In this document: piece by piece, positions 35,201 to 49,028 of the stretch
Layout of the letters: the number at the start of each line of letters is the position of its first letter
How positions within the stretch are numbered: the first letter of the stretch is position 1
Origin: Antedon mediterranea
Taxonomy: Eukaryota; Animalia; Echinodermata
Direction of reading: 5' to 3'
Assembly: GCF_964355755.1 (NCBI RefSeq)
Contig: NC_092674.1
Location: 30,628,001-30,692,000 of the forward strand
Length of the DNA: 64,000 nucleotides
Program-made: the position numbers and the translations under genes
The notes under the pieces: model-generated
What the model was told of the DNA's origin: nothing
The model's database searches: none
What the model saw: only the letters and a program-made list of their open reading frames with translations

Positions 35201-38200
35201 TTAAAGTGTATGTTCATGAGGCACAGTCCCGAAAGCTGCTCATAAGACATGTGATTTCGCAAACAGGTTTTCGTTCTCCACAACGTCGAAAAAACTCCGC
35301 TCAGCTTCAGCAGACGTTACGGGCATAGGCCTACGCGATTAGAAGAAGTGCACGCACATTCGGGAACACATCTGGATCCGCTAATTTTACACAGTCGCTT
35401 CCATCACTGAAGCTCGGAATGAAGATGTTCGTGTCTTGGCAGATCATCGTACCAAATTCAAGTTCCTTGAAGACTTCTTCAACATTACACTTCACGATAG
35501 ACTCGGGTGCTACGCCAAATATTTTAAAGCATGGCCTGTTATCGGCAGAAAAACGGGTTTTTAACTCGGTTTGTAAATGATCAAGAAGTTGATTTGGTAA
35601 TACTGCTCGGTAGTAATCTTCCACAGTATCTCCAGGATGATTTGATCTGTATTGTTGTCTCATGTTTTTATTTATTTTTTCTAAAAAAAAGGGGGGGTCA
35701 GGACCCCCGTGACCCCCCCACTGGCTGCGCCCCTGTAAGGGGTTATTTTAAAGCTAAGTAAGGGGGTATTTTTAAGCTAGGTAAGGGGGATACTTTTAGG
35801 CTAGGTAAGGGGGATACTTTTAGGCTAGGTAAGGGGGGGGGGGGGGTGATTGTGAATTAAAAGGAAGGGGAGTGGTTGAGGGGGTAGGATGTTGTTTCTT
35901 CATTGAATTATGTTGCAATTATAGTTTACATGTGTTTTGTGGTGAATACTGGAATACAGTATAACTTATAATTATTTTGTATTAAAAAATATATAATGTG
36001 TTGTTTAATATTGAACAATGATCGATTATCTACACCTAACAATTGTAAATTTGCGATAACAATATAATAAATAAACTTAATGTTTAGTCGCCAACCTGAC
36101 CATATACATAAGATTTGAAATATTCCAACATGTGTTTCATGATGCTATTCGGAAACTACTGTTAAAGTGTTATGTACTTTAAATTGTGTTATAAGCAATA
36201 AAAAAAAGTCTTCTCAGATAAGTGTACACATTTTTGTCGTGGACGACCTGCACTATGACTGCTGTGGGTCATCGTAGAGAAGCTAATTCAATTTTCCTCA
36301 ATTTGAGGATGAAGATATTATTAAATACAGTACACATGTGTCTATGTTTTGGTATGAACTGGTCAAGCATCGGTGAAAATGATTCGTGAGTTGACCACAT
36401 CATTTTATGTGTCAATGGTTTTGTGAACTTTCAATTAGTAATTACTTTGAAGGGTCTGTTGATCATTGTTTGTTAGCAGCTGCAACGTAACGACTCTTTT
36501 AATAGATTTCTGCTTAAATCTCTCCTAGTGCTTCATCGCCATAGCAACTACTCTATTGAATTTTCCTGTTAAGAGTCTGAATTTAGACTTCAAACCGGTT
36601 GAATTGATTTATCTCGTAGGGATGTGCGTACACATTTTTGAGAAATGATTTAATCATTTAATCCAATCTCATTATTTTGATATAGAAAAACATATAAATT
36701 ATGTTATAGATGTTTACACATTTTTTACATGTAAAGACAAAAGACAGTATGCGTATTCAATTAGCAGATTGTACGTGTGCCCTGTACAGAGGTTCCATCT
36801 ATCTTCGCTCTTAACCTTGCAATTTTAAAACTTGAAAGCAGCTGTATTCAATAAATGTCGTAGCATAATTTGATGAGATGCGAAGATTATTTTTTCCATT
36901 CATTACCATGGAAATTTTAAGATAAAATTTCTGTTTTGACAATTATGAAGCCGCTGAGAAAACAGTTGATGTTCCAGAGCAGTTTACAGACGGTATCTTT
37001 TTTTTCCTTTACTATTTCATTTCATTTGGTATATTTGTATTAAGCAGCAGTATTTAGGTATAGTGATGTTAAATGCATTGATTGATAGGTCTGTAGATGA
37101 TTATTTTGCTTCTGGTAAAGTTAAAGGTTGGGTAAGTATAAATTATGGCTCAGACTTATTTCATAATTCTATCAATATCAATATTTTTTCTCTTGTTTGC
37201 AATTATTTTTAAATTTGTTTTAGTTTGTCTACAATGCTGCAGAACTGTGTCCAAAGAGGATTGAACTTTTAGTGTTAGAGTGTTTTTCTTCTCGGTAGAA
37301 GTGTACTGAGTATTTCTTCTCACTGAAAAGAGACTTCAACATTATTTTCATATAATGTTTGGTTGCTACAGGGACAGCCTGATGCAGCTTGAATATATCC
37401 TAGTGTGAACCCAACCTTAGAATCTATCTTGGCTTGAATTTCCAGAAACCATTGCAACTAATTAATACTGTGTAATATAATAACTGTGAACAATATACCT
37501 TAGTAATTGCTTGGCAAGTGAACACCAAGTTAATTATTTAAACAATATCCCTGCAGAGCGTTGCAAACTAAGATTTCTACCAGGTTTTTGTTGATAAACT
37601 TCCTAACAATCGACATTTATGGAAAATATAACAGAAGTTTTTGAAGCATTGGTAATGATATCCTTTTGGCTGTACTTTTATATTTCATTTTTTGTCTCTT
37701 GTTTCAATAATATCAGATGAATTGTCAAACTTGTATGTGACAGAATGTGTAGCTGCATATAGAAGAAAAAGACTATTTTGGTTGACAATTCTTCTTTGCA
37801 AAACTTTTACTTTTTGTTTAGCATATTTTGAACAAACAGAAGATATGCTTATGCAAACTTCCTTTCATTATTGTTTACATTTTTAGTTTAAAGTAAATTA
37901 AATAAGTAAATTTACTTTTTTTATTGTTATACAGATTGAAGAAAGAATCAGTCTTGAGCATTTACACAAGCTGAAGCAATCTTTTCTGGTAAATTAGATA
38001 TTTTTTGTGTGTGTTTTCTATCTTAAATGTCAAAATCATTTAATATTAACTATTTTTTTCAAATTATTGCTGGATCTGATTTGAAGTTGATGGTTGAATT
38101 CAATGTTTTTTCATTTAATCTTAATGTACTCTATAAATTTTAAATTTAGACTTTTTATGAATATATAGACAATATTAACAGTCAATGAGCACTTAAAATG

Positions 38201-41200
38201 ATTGTATGTGTAATATTCTTACTTAAATGGCTTACTTATGTAAATAGATTGATTGATTTTCAATGTGTTACTTATTTTTCTAGGAAGTGAACAAAAATGG
38301 AACATTATCATTGGAACAGTTCCAGGCAGTTATTAAGAACTCACTTGGGTTACGTGGTAAATTGGTAAGTTTCTCTTTCAAGAATCAAAGTGTTTAGTTC
38401 ATGTTACATGCTGTAAAGCAATACATGTTTATAGTTTATCTGTTGTTTATTCTGTAGATGTTTTTATGTTCTAATTTAATAATTATAAACATTTTTTCGT
38501 TTATTTTCAGAATGAAGACCAAGTGACAGCTTTGTTTATGAAGATTGATTCATCGTCTGAAGGCTTCATAGCCTGGGTAAGTACTGTCTTATTGATTTAC
38601 TATTTATTTTCAAAAAACAAAATAAAAGTTACAAAAAGAAAATGGAAAAAGGAATTACGACGAATAAATAAAAGTGGAGGTATTTTAGTTTAAAAAAGAG
38701 AAAAAAAACTGTTACCACTTTGAAGAAAAAATGAGAGTGAAGAGTAATTGTAATTAAGATTAACTAATATCCTTCTTTTTTAGGATAAATTTTGTACTTA
38801 CATGCAACTTGAATATGAGGAAAAGGAAGATTCATATCTACGTGAAAAAGAAGTAGTCTTCCAGCTTCCAGCCACATCTCATCCAATGCCGCATCGCGAA
38901 AATGTCCTGCGAGTTTGTAACATGTCAGATGGGACATTTGTCGTTGTTAGTCAGGTACATATAATGATTCTTCATGATGAGAATATTTTAATATATTAAT
39001 AGTGATTAAGATAATTATTGTAAGTGCTACTGTTTATGAATGTTATGATTGATTATTTTCAGGATGGTGCAATATCTTTTTGGAACGGAGCAATGGAATT
39101 GAAAAGAACTAGATCCGTTATGGTATGTTTGAAAAAAAAACTTGTTTTATGAAATTTAACGAACATTAAAAATACTTAAAATAAAGCTAAAAGTGTTCCT
39201 TTGTGTGAAGTGAGATTAACGTGTTGTACTACTGTAACATTTCAGGTTGACCAGAACACTAGTAGACAGAAACCAAAATGGATCACAGACTTCATACTGA
39301 TGCCACAATATAATAAGTTTATTCTTGGAACAGGGTAAGTTACATTCATTCTGCACTTCTTATCTTACAAGAAAGAAGAGACAATAGTTTAATTGATTTA
39401 CCAAAGGATTCTGTAAAAACTGTAAATAGTTTGTGTTATAATGTTTTATCTTTAACAATTGCTTGATTATTTGATAAATGATAAATTCATAGAAAATTCA
39501 AAATTATTATTATTATATATTTAATTTTGTTAAATTAGGGATCGAGAAATACAGTTTTACGAGTTAAGTACATTTGAGCCATACTGCCAGATATCAGGAT
39601 TAGAAACAACACCACTCAAATTGGCATATTGGTGAGTATTCTTTATTGTTTTGTTAAATTTAAAAAATTAAATATTACCTCTGTTTTTGAAGATTCAAGT
39701 TTTTATTAAAGTAACTTTACCTGTTAGAGTTAGAAATTGTTTATGTTCTTATTTCAGTGCTACTGGGTATGATGAGTGTCTGATAATATTTGGTGATAGT
39801 GAAGGCTGCATTAATATCATTATTATCAAAGGTGCAGGCGAAACTCTCAGGTATGAATGGCGCATCATCCTAGGAGTTTTTCCACAACAGAATTATTTTT
39901 TAATCTTTAGTTGCATAATTATTTAGTGATTCTTAGATTTCTGTAGGCCTATTAATCCACCTTCTGAACATCAATGTTTTATTTGTTGTAGAACTTGGAA
40001 AAAAATGCCAAAAACTGATGGAATAGCCAGTGTCACACTTGAGAAGGTAGCACATTCACCTCTCACTAAATTCCTTCGTTGGAAAGTTCACAATGATTGG
40101 GTAGCTGAAGTCCGCTATTATGATGAAATTAGAATGATTATATCATGTTCAAACAATGAGAACACTGCACTTGTCATTGGTAAGTATTTAATTTTTTTAT
40201 ACTTGGCAACCTCATCAGTACAAATTCTCCCAGAAGACCCAGTTCATTACCTGCACACCACTACTTATTTATAATATTCTACCAACTTTTTTATTGTGCA
40301 AATTTGACTTTTAATTTCATGAAGTTCTTATTCTTCTTACTCAATTAGTAATTAATCCATATGAAATGTTTTTCTTTTTTTGCTTTGGCAGGCAACACAG
40401 TAGGCAGCACCCATGTAGAGTCACAGCTTAGGGAAATTCGTGAAATGACCAAGTCACCTGACACGGCTGAACGAAAGGCAAAGATTGCGCAACAGAACTA
40501 TGCACAAGCACGAAGACATCTAGACAACGATCAGCTAGTGTTTAGAATTCATAAAGGAGTGAAAACATTTGACTTTTCCAAGAAAAAGAATGTGATTGTT
40601 ACTGGAGGAATGGATAGAATTGTTAGGATTTGGAATCCCTATGTCCCTGTGTAAGTAATATTGTGTATACCATCTGTTTCAAATAAATACAGGTGTATCT
40701 GCAATAATTTTTTTATGTGATAATTTATAAAAAGAAGTACATCTCTGTACAGAATCATAGGTAGAATTTAATGGTTTATTGGCATCTTGTTATTTTCTCC
40801 AAAATATTTTCTATCGGTTTTTTTTTACACAAAACAGGAAACCAACAGGAATGCTACGTGGACACAATGCTCCAATAACTGGTCTTTTCATAGCAACTGA
40901 TGAGGATAGGATTTTCAGCATATCACAGGATAAAACTGTCAAGGTATGGTATTCAAAATACTACTTAAATACTTGTCTATATTGATTAAGAAAGGCAAAA
41001 ACAACATTTCTTAGAAAAACATGGAAGAAGGAAAAAAATTGATCTATTTTTAGATACTGGCAAAAAAATGATTGCTATATTTATTTTTTACAAAAAGTGT
41101 TTGGTAAAATAAAAAACTAAAATTTGATTGTTCAATTTGAAAAGGTTTGGGACATCAAAGACCAAGCATGCATGCTAACTGTCAGACCCAAATCACACAA

Positions 41201-44200
41201 GATACGAGGCGACATCCAAGCCTGTCATTATAATTCTGTTGTCAAGTGCCTAGCTGTTGCCACAAGCACTGACCAGATGGCTTTCCTTGGCTTGAAAATT
41301 AAGTAAGTTCAAAAGACATACTTTATATTAGGCCTATAAGCAGATGACTTAATAATCTTAGGAACCATGAGTTTACCTAATAAGAAAAAATTAAAATAAA
41401 GGCATTCATTATTGAGAACTCAATTGGAAATAAATTCCTTTACTCCTAAAAATCTTGTTTTTTTCTGTATAGAGTACAGATGCATGCAGATATAGCAATT
41501 ACCCACAAGGAACCAGTGCTGTGTGCAAAGTACAACTCAAGCTTCCAACATATTGTCACATGCTCAGAAGGATCTGTAAGTACACACTTACTGTTTGTCA
41601 AAACTTAGTAATAAATAAATAAATTATGTAAGTAAATTTAAGATCATTATTTTCTGATGATTTTTTTAACCTAAATTTTATTTTTCAGGTCGTCAAATTA
41701 TGGGATTTTGAAACCGGAAATGCAGTTTTTGAATTTTCTCAAGCCCATGACGATCAAGCAATTACATGTATGACTTTTGATGTATCAGGAAGACGTCTTA
41801 TAACAGGAGGTCGAGATGGAAGACTTAAAGTATGGAATTACAATAATGGCCATTGTTTAAAAAGACTTGAAAGATTTGAAGGTTTTGAAGAAGTTTCAGA
41901 TGTTGTTTACGTAGAAATGAACAAGAATCGTTTTGTCTTATCCGTCGGTTGGGATCGAAGGATAAATATGTATTCTGATTCAATGGATGATTTTAGACAT
42001 GTACAGAACCCTTTACCAAAATGGACAGATGATGTGGTAAGATAATGGAACTGCTTTTAAATCTTGATCATAGTTGAAAAAATTAAGCTTTAACATAAAG
42101 ACCCGGCTTGGTCACAAATCTGGTATTAAATTAAGACCTGTTTTGATCTCTGCAGTAGTTATCTTTGACATTACTGAAAATGAAAAGCAATTTTATTGTT
42201 TATGTTACTTTGTATATATCAGAATTGAAATTCTAAAAAATAAAGATAATTCCAAATATTTTTCTCTTTTTTTGTAGAAAAATGGTCACAGAGAAGACAT
42301 CCTGTCTGTTGCTGCCTGTGCTCCTAGTCTTCTAGCAACATCAAGCTATGATGGAGAGGTCATAGTGTGGAATCTCGTATCTGGTCATATTTATTGCCAT
42401 TTGTTTTCTCCTCCTGACTCAGAGTATGATCATCAACAGTGTGAGTATATAATAGGAGTTTATAATAGGAGAATTTTTTTAGACTGTTTGTTTCCTTTAG
42501 CCTGAGTGTGATTGATTCCTAGTGTTTTTTCTCCACTCCATAAACCTTTATCTTTAAAGACCTTGTTTATCCATCTTGTAATTGCGTGTTGCTTGCTATA
42601 ACACAAATTAATTAAACACCTTGTCTTTTATGTTGATAGTGGATGGTGATAACAGCATCCGTAAGCTGGTCTTTCTATGTTCTAGAGTAAGTGATAAATT
42701 TTCAGCCCAGCTTGTAGCTAGTGGACCAAGAGGATGTATACATTTCTGGAATGTTTATAATGGCGGTATCCTCCACTCAAAGTTCCAAGTAGTATGTAAA
42801 ACTAATTTGTTTTTGTTGCTAAAACTGTTCCGTCTATATTTTAAAATTTCCATTATACAGAAATATTATTCATATAAGACTACCAGAAAAGATAGACTTA
42901 CTTCAAATTATCTTAGCTGTAAACTCTTCTACATCTGATGAGATGACCTTTACTGAAGCAGTCGTTGATATTATATTATTTTCTGAAATAGTACTGTATT
43001 AGCAAGAAAAGAACATTTTTAGCATTATTATTACTTTATAACTTTTTTTTTTCAGAATAAGAAGCAGTGTCCTTTAAGTTTCCTTGTGGTTAGTTCTGAT
43101 AATAAAAAGCTGTTAAGTGGTGACGCTCAAGGCTTTGTGAATACTTACAACATTGAAGGCTATTGTGACGGTGTAAAAGAGTCTGATCCTCCAGAAAGTA
43201 AGACACGTCTTCTGTTGGTCCTAATTTAGCTTTATATTTTGTATTTCTTTCAGTATGAGTTTACTTTATGTTTTCTATGTTTATTCTCAGCCCTGGCATC
43301 ATGGAGAGCACATGTTGAAAGCATAACTTGGTAAGTTTTTAGTACAATAATGTGAACATTCTTTTTCCATTTTTCTGCAAATATGCATTCTACTTGTGAA
43401 TTCATGTACTTTTGTTAAATCTTTTAATTGTTTTATTCTGTAAAGCATGGACTTAGTTGAGGGTAGTGATGTTGTCATAACAAGCTCAAATGACTGCACT
43501 GTTCGACTGTGGACTACAGGAGGACATTACATTGGTAAGGGTTTTTTTGTTGTAAATTGATACATTATAAATTGAAATGGAGCTCTTCAGTAATTTTAAA
43601 TAAAAGATTTGTTTTTCTTCTTCAAGGTACCCTTGGCCAAACTGAGACATGGGACATTTACAATCCGTCTACTTATATACACCCAATGGTTCCATATGAT
43701 GTCTTAGTTGATCCACTAAGTATGCCATCTCATCCTGTTCTTAATACAAAGTCCTCAACTGAAGATGTCATCCGTGCAGATTCGGAGGATGGTGACTCTT
43801 TGAATGGAACCAGCTCCACAGATGAGGTAACTTTGTCTTTTTTAATACAATGTGCAGTGGTGGCTCCAGGATTTTAAAATAGGAGGGAGACATGGCCTAA
43901 AAATGGTAAAAGTTCCAAACCTAATGTCCTATCTTTTGCATTGGAAATTTCTAAATTTAGAGGACCTGCCTTTATCGTGGAATTGTGATCTAACCCTAAC
44001 ATGCTTCAATAGAGTAGTTTCTTTGCATTGGTCCAGAGGAGGACAAAGATTCACTTTGATTTTAATTTGGTTGCTTTCTTTTGCAGGCGGAAGTGACAAG
44101 CATGAGTTTTAATAGCAGATTTACATTCCATTATGATGATACAATGATAGCAAATGAACTGAAAACAAAACCGTTTGATAACAGTTGTGGAAAAAGGTAA

Positions 44201-44704
44201 GGTATCATTTGTATCTGTATTTAGGTTGTGGGAAAGTTGAGCAAATTTAACATTTTGAAATAAATCCTAGTACTGTACTTGAATGTGCAGTCTCAATATT
44301 TTTGGATAAACATTCCAGGGTTTTAAAGGCAAACTTTCTCTTTTTGAACTTTAGTCATGATAATACAACGGTCTCATGGTATGATACCCACTTTTTAAGG
44401 GAGAGGTTGCTGGTTGTATTCCTGTCAGACTTTTTTACAAAATTGATCCATTCTTGAGCTTTTTTTATTAGTTTTTATAATGTCCTTTATTGTATAACAT
44501 ATTTCATAACATCTTTTACAAAATCATTTTCTACAAATGTTTTTCAGATTACGTCATGAGCGCTTAAAGGTCAACCCAAAAGACAGAGGAGGTCAGAATG
44601 CGTACCAACAGTTAAAATGTTTCAACCTGGATGACACGCCTCCAATAACTCATCCAATCAAAAACAAAGATAAGATGCAAGACCCACTCGGCTTTCCCTT
44701 CTAA
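32297..44704 (+). CDS. EF-hand-like + WD40-repeat ciliary protein of the WDR49/WDR64/WDR95/WDY family, ~25 exons. First exons 32297-32451, 33130-33186, 33668-34208, 37934-37987; last exon 44548-44704.
   Basis: In-phase splice junctions. LFMKIDSSSEGFIAWDKFCTYMQLEY N-terminal motif. WD repeats such as GVKTFDF..VTGGMDRIVRIWNPY..KPTGMLRGH, ITGGRDGRLKVWNY and TSSNDCTVRLWT. Stop TAA at 44702-44704. Confidence 0.88.
32632..33027. mobile_element. Harbinger/Tourist-like MITE, nearly fully palindromic
   Basis: TIR aggcccatttacactaggacgat / atcgtcctagtgtaaatgggcct with TAA TSD. Internal arms are also inverted. Confidence 0.85.
33504..33517. promoter_or_regulatory. RFX X-box
   Basis: GTTACCATAGCAAC matches the X-box consensus GTNRCCATRGYAAC. 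A forkhead-type GTAAACAAA follows at 33538, inside a ciliary WD40 gene. Confidence 0.7.
34221..35835. repeat. 22-23-bp minisatellite (gggggtattttaaagctaggtaa) split by a hAT insertion
   Basis: Units at 34221-34404 resume at 35736-35835. Confidence 0.9.
34405..35735 (-). mobile_element. hAT transposon deletion derivative with decayed C-terminal transposase (hATC dimerisation domain, THAP12/ZMYM-like)
   Basis: TIR caggggcgcagcca / tggctgcgcccctg. Minus-strand translation YYR...LDHLQTELKTRFS...FPNVRALLLIA*.MPVTSAEAERSF..., with stops and frameshifts. Confidence 0.85.
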
Positions 44705-46959
44705 ACTATTTTACCTATCAATACTAAAACATGTGCAATTATTTGTTACATATAAGAGGTGTACCTCATGCAAATATATTTTGCTACCAGATTTGTTTCG
44801 TTATTTTTTATATTGTTCTCTAAAGTATATAAATCATTGTGTGGTTGTTGTATTATATATTGTATGATAAAAATATATTAGTATGGTTTGACTCAGTGTT
44901 TTAAAAAGGACTTTTTGGTTCGGTTATGGCCTGGTGTATTTCTTTATAAAATTGTGAATTATAACAATATGGCTGTTGTAAATACTAAAAAGTGAAATGT
45001 TCTTTTTTGTGGGCTTTACCTGATATTCTTCCAATTACATCAAACATTATGTTTGATAATAATACTAATAGCAACAAATGATATACATTTCAAGCCTGAT
45101 CTACACCTAAAGAAATTGACATATATTTTATGAAATCATGAAAACAATTAATTTTTACCTTGCAATAATAATATATTATGTGATGTTTTTGTTATTAAAT
45201 ATCATAATTGCTTAAATATGTTGTGTTGACGGTTTTATTCAAACAAGTTTGGTAGTTGACGCGTTTTACAAAGCAATAACGTTATCGCGCCCCAGAACGC
45301 ACAGCACTGCACGACTCGTGTATTTTTTTTAGTTTACTGTTTTGTGTCTGTTGATTTTCATTCCTAAATTAATTTGATTAAGATTAAGACAAACGTAAGT
45401 GACGTATATGGATCCGAATTTTCTATTTTCTATTTTAATTTATCAAATATGTAATGTAATTAGACAAAAGGCGTGGCCCTAGGCCTATACAGTATTATGT
45501 CTAGCTAGCTAGCCTAGGCTACCTAGGCTAGGGACTGGCATATGTTTTTCAATTTATCTTTCTGCATTTGAATAGTGTTCAGTTTGAAAGAGTATATAAT
45601 CGTAAGCATTTTAAACTTTAAATCAACAAAATTGATTGAGTATTTCGAAAGTTATGAATAAAATAAGGTGTAAAAATTTGGCACCATCACTATCCTTTGT
45701 TTACATAGGAATCCCCACCCCGCGTTTGTGACCTTGTACACAAATAGTCACTGGGTGAAAATACTACTAAAACACATATAAATACATTTTATGAACATAT
45801 TTTTAATTAGAAAGTTGATGGTGATAAATATATATTTGCATAGTACCACATTTTGTTTGGAAATTGTGTCAAAATCACAAAAATAAGATAGAAAGTACTT
45901 ATTTTATGTTTACCCTCTCCCCGGACTGCGCGAATGTCCCGGAGGAATACCCCCACCTCAGCCAGGCTGTGTGATGACGTCATCAGGCACTTCGCGGCCT
46001 AGAATTGCTTACTCACCTAGCATCAGGTGATTAAAAACCTTTTGTGATCCAATATAGGTGATATTTATGTAAAACCAAAGGCGTACACTGTTAAAATATA
46101 AATATATCTAAAATATATAAGCAAAATCCCAAAATATTAGGCATGTTTTCGATTTTTTCTGATTTTACTAACATTTCGAGCCCAAAATAAAATGTCATCG
46201 CGAAGACATGTGGGCAAAGAAATTTCAAATTTTTCATCGGAATTTTCCGGAAAAGATCGTACAGTCATTCGTTTTTTCTGAATAGCCAATCAGAGTTCGT
46301 AAATTCATGCGCAAGTTGACCCCTTTTTAACAGGTTAAGGGTCACACTTGTCTATTCCCTAAAGATGTCTGCTGCCCTCTAGCGGTTTTGCTAGTCGCTA
46401 CCTAGGCCCTTAGGCCCAAAAAAGGCTAGCCTAGGCCTGGGCTAGGCTGTTCCGTTTTTAGTACAGTCTAGTAGGAAGGACCATGGCGCGGCGCAAAGCC
46501 AAAACGATCGGTCATTCTAATCTACACCCGGTATTTCCCGGTAAGGTTTTATAATATAAAATTATGTCAATTACATGTTATTAACATTCTCTAGTTAGTG
46601 GTAAATGTAACTTATATATATTTTTTGTTCCAAAAACAAGTTAAAATCGGTAAAAAAATAATAAAAATAACTTTTCATTCGGCACATACAATACGTCAAT
46701 AAACAACCACAGAGACTGAGAGGGCAGTCTTTAGTTTTGAAATAAACCTAATCAATATTTTGACTTAAATTAACTAATTTTGATTTTTTTTTTAAATATA
46801 TAAAACATAATGAAAAATAAAGGCTGATAATTAAATTAGCTTAGTTTATTTTAGGCCTAGCTAGAGGACGTCAAAAGATTTAAATTGGTTTTCATGCCAT
46901 TGTATTTTATCAGTAAAATTACTACTATTAATAACTATTTTTATTTTTGTAGATTTGAA

Positions 46960-49028
46960 ATGGCTTCTGCACAACCAGAGCAACGTCGTAAGATTGTTGG
47001 TTTTTACCATGCATTTGCTGACTTAATGGCAGGAGCTGTAGGTCAGTTATTTTAACGCAATTTTAGTTCATTTTGAATTCATACAAATTCATTTTCAGCT
47101 CTTAATATAATTTAAGCATCGAGGAATTACTGCTTAAGCTCTGTCTACACTATAAAACCAGTTTAGAAAAACAAAATGTGATGCGCCTAAATATGGTAGT
47201 GATATGCCCAAATATAGTAGTGGTATGAAATCATCATGTCCATATATGGTCACATCACATTTTGTTGTCACATAAAGTTTGATAATGTAGACAGAGCTTA
47301 AAACATATCAATTAACTGATAAATCTTCAAGCAAGATATTTATTTAAATTGCATTCTATACAAAAAAAGCTTTTTGAAATTTGATTTAAATGAAACCTAA
47401 GTATAATTTTGTTATCCACAGGTGGTGTTGTGTGTGCATATGTAGGCCAGCCATTTGATACAATCAAAGTTAAAATGCAGACTTATCCACATCTGTACAA
47501 AAATAGTTTATTTTGTCTGAAACAGACTTTAAACAAAGAAGGTATACCAGGAATCTATAGAGGGAGTCTGCCAGCATGCGCTGCGGTCGTTGGCGAGACG
47601 TCTGTAGTCTTCATGTGCTATGGACTTTGTCAAAAAGCAATTTGTAGTCTTTTTCGTGTTGATAAACCGGAAAATTTAACCACTTTTCAAAATTCTTGTG
47701 CTGGTGGAACAGCGGCCTTTTTTTCTTCTATTGTTTTATGTCCGACAGAACTGGTTAAATGCCGGGTACAAGCTATGCAGGAAGCGTATGGAAATGAACT
47801 GGGATCTGTTAAAAAAGTGTAGGTCAAAGGTTAACATTGCATCATACTTTTGCTCTTCAGTCTTGCCTCATTTGTGCAGCACTTACTTTTTAGTTAATAT
47901 AGATTAAAAATGTACAGTATAGTAAATCATTCTCACTCCTGAGGACGATCAAAGCATATTGATCGAAACGTTGAGAAACTCAACAGTTCTTTTCAGAACT
48001 AATATATGTGATGTACCGCAAACTTTAAATCAACAGTAAATATTATTTAAATAAGTACTGTAACTTAATGATACTGGTATTCAAACATTGTTTTATTGTA
48101 GTGGTCCATGGCAAGTAACAAAAAATTTGATAAAAGCTGACGGTATAGGAGGACTGTTTCAAGGCCTGACAAGTACATGGCTGAGAGAAATGCCAGGCTT
48201 CTTTATCCTCTTTGGGGTTTATGAATTTTGTAGGCAACGAATAGCACCAGCTGGTGTAGCAAAAGAAGACATTGGTAGGTTTACTGGTAGCATTGTAAAT
48301 GATAAAAGTCTATCATCATCATTCATAATGTGACATATTTTTAAAATTTGAAATATTGCTCACGCTTTGTTTACCATCACTATGTGTTACAACCAATAAC
48401 TTATTGTGTGTGTATTTTGCAGGACCAGTACCTACATTGATATGTGGTGGTATAGCTGGTACAGCACTGTGGACTCTTATCTATCCAATTGATGTTATTA
48501 AATCTAGAATCCAAGTCCAATCAATGGTTGGCGCAATGCCAGGCTTTGGAGCTACGTTCATTAAAGTACTCAAAACTGAAGGTAAGTTGTGCAATACTTT
48601 TATTTTTAATTGAATCATATTCAACATTTGACATCCGTTCGATGTCCGTTCCATAAAAGTAAATAGAGAGAGCAGTATGGCATAATGGTAATGTGATATT
48701 GGACTCGTCTTTTGAGACATAAAGCCGGCCATAAGACATAAAGACATAAAGAACTTAATAAAGGTACATTGAGAAATCCTCATTGCCTCTTAACAAAAGA
48801 AGTTAGGACCATAAGAAATGCATTTTGCAGTCCATGTTAGAGTAGTGTATAATCTCAAAATAGTATTAATATTAAAATGAATGATCTATGTATTTGTTAA
48901 TTTCAGGTCTTCCAGCATTTACAAGCGGTTTGATTCCGTGTGTGTTGAGGGCCTTCCCTGCAAATGCTGCAATGTTTATCACGTTTGAATGGACCAAGAA
49001 TCATCTACGTGCCATTGGTCCTCAGTAA
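46960..49028 (+). CDS. SLC25A15: Mitochondrial ornithine carrier (SLC25A15/ORNT1-like). Exons 46960-47041, 47422-47818, 48102-48274, 48423-48581, 48907-49028.
   Basis: Three carrier motifs GQPFDTIKVKMQ, LCPTELVKCRVQ and YPIDVIKSRIQ. ORNT-typical GETSVVFMCYG, LREMPG and RAFPANAAMF. A likely non-coding exon ends at ~45393. Confidence 0.9.
47936..47975 (+). ncRNA. Minimal type I hammerhead ribozyme motif (Penelope-like element remnant)
   Basis: ctc-CTGAGGA-c-gatcaa(agcata)ttgatc-GAAA-cgtt-gag: catalytic core boxes, 6-bp stem II, palindromic ACGT stem III, and ctc/gag stem I. Confidence 0.65.

Noticed and set aside
35331-35663. Active transposase gene
   Set aside because: Only a C-terminal fragment with stops and frameshifts inside a 1.3-kb element.
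45660-46735. Kolobok-like element in the SLC25A15 5' intron
   Set aside because: The right end (gggcagtct-ttag) is suggestive, but I could not find a matching left TIR.
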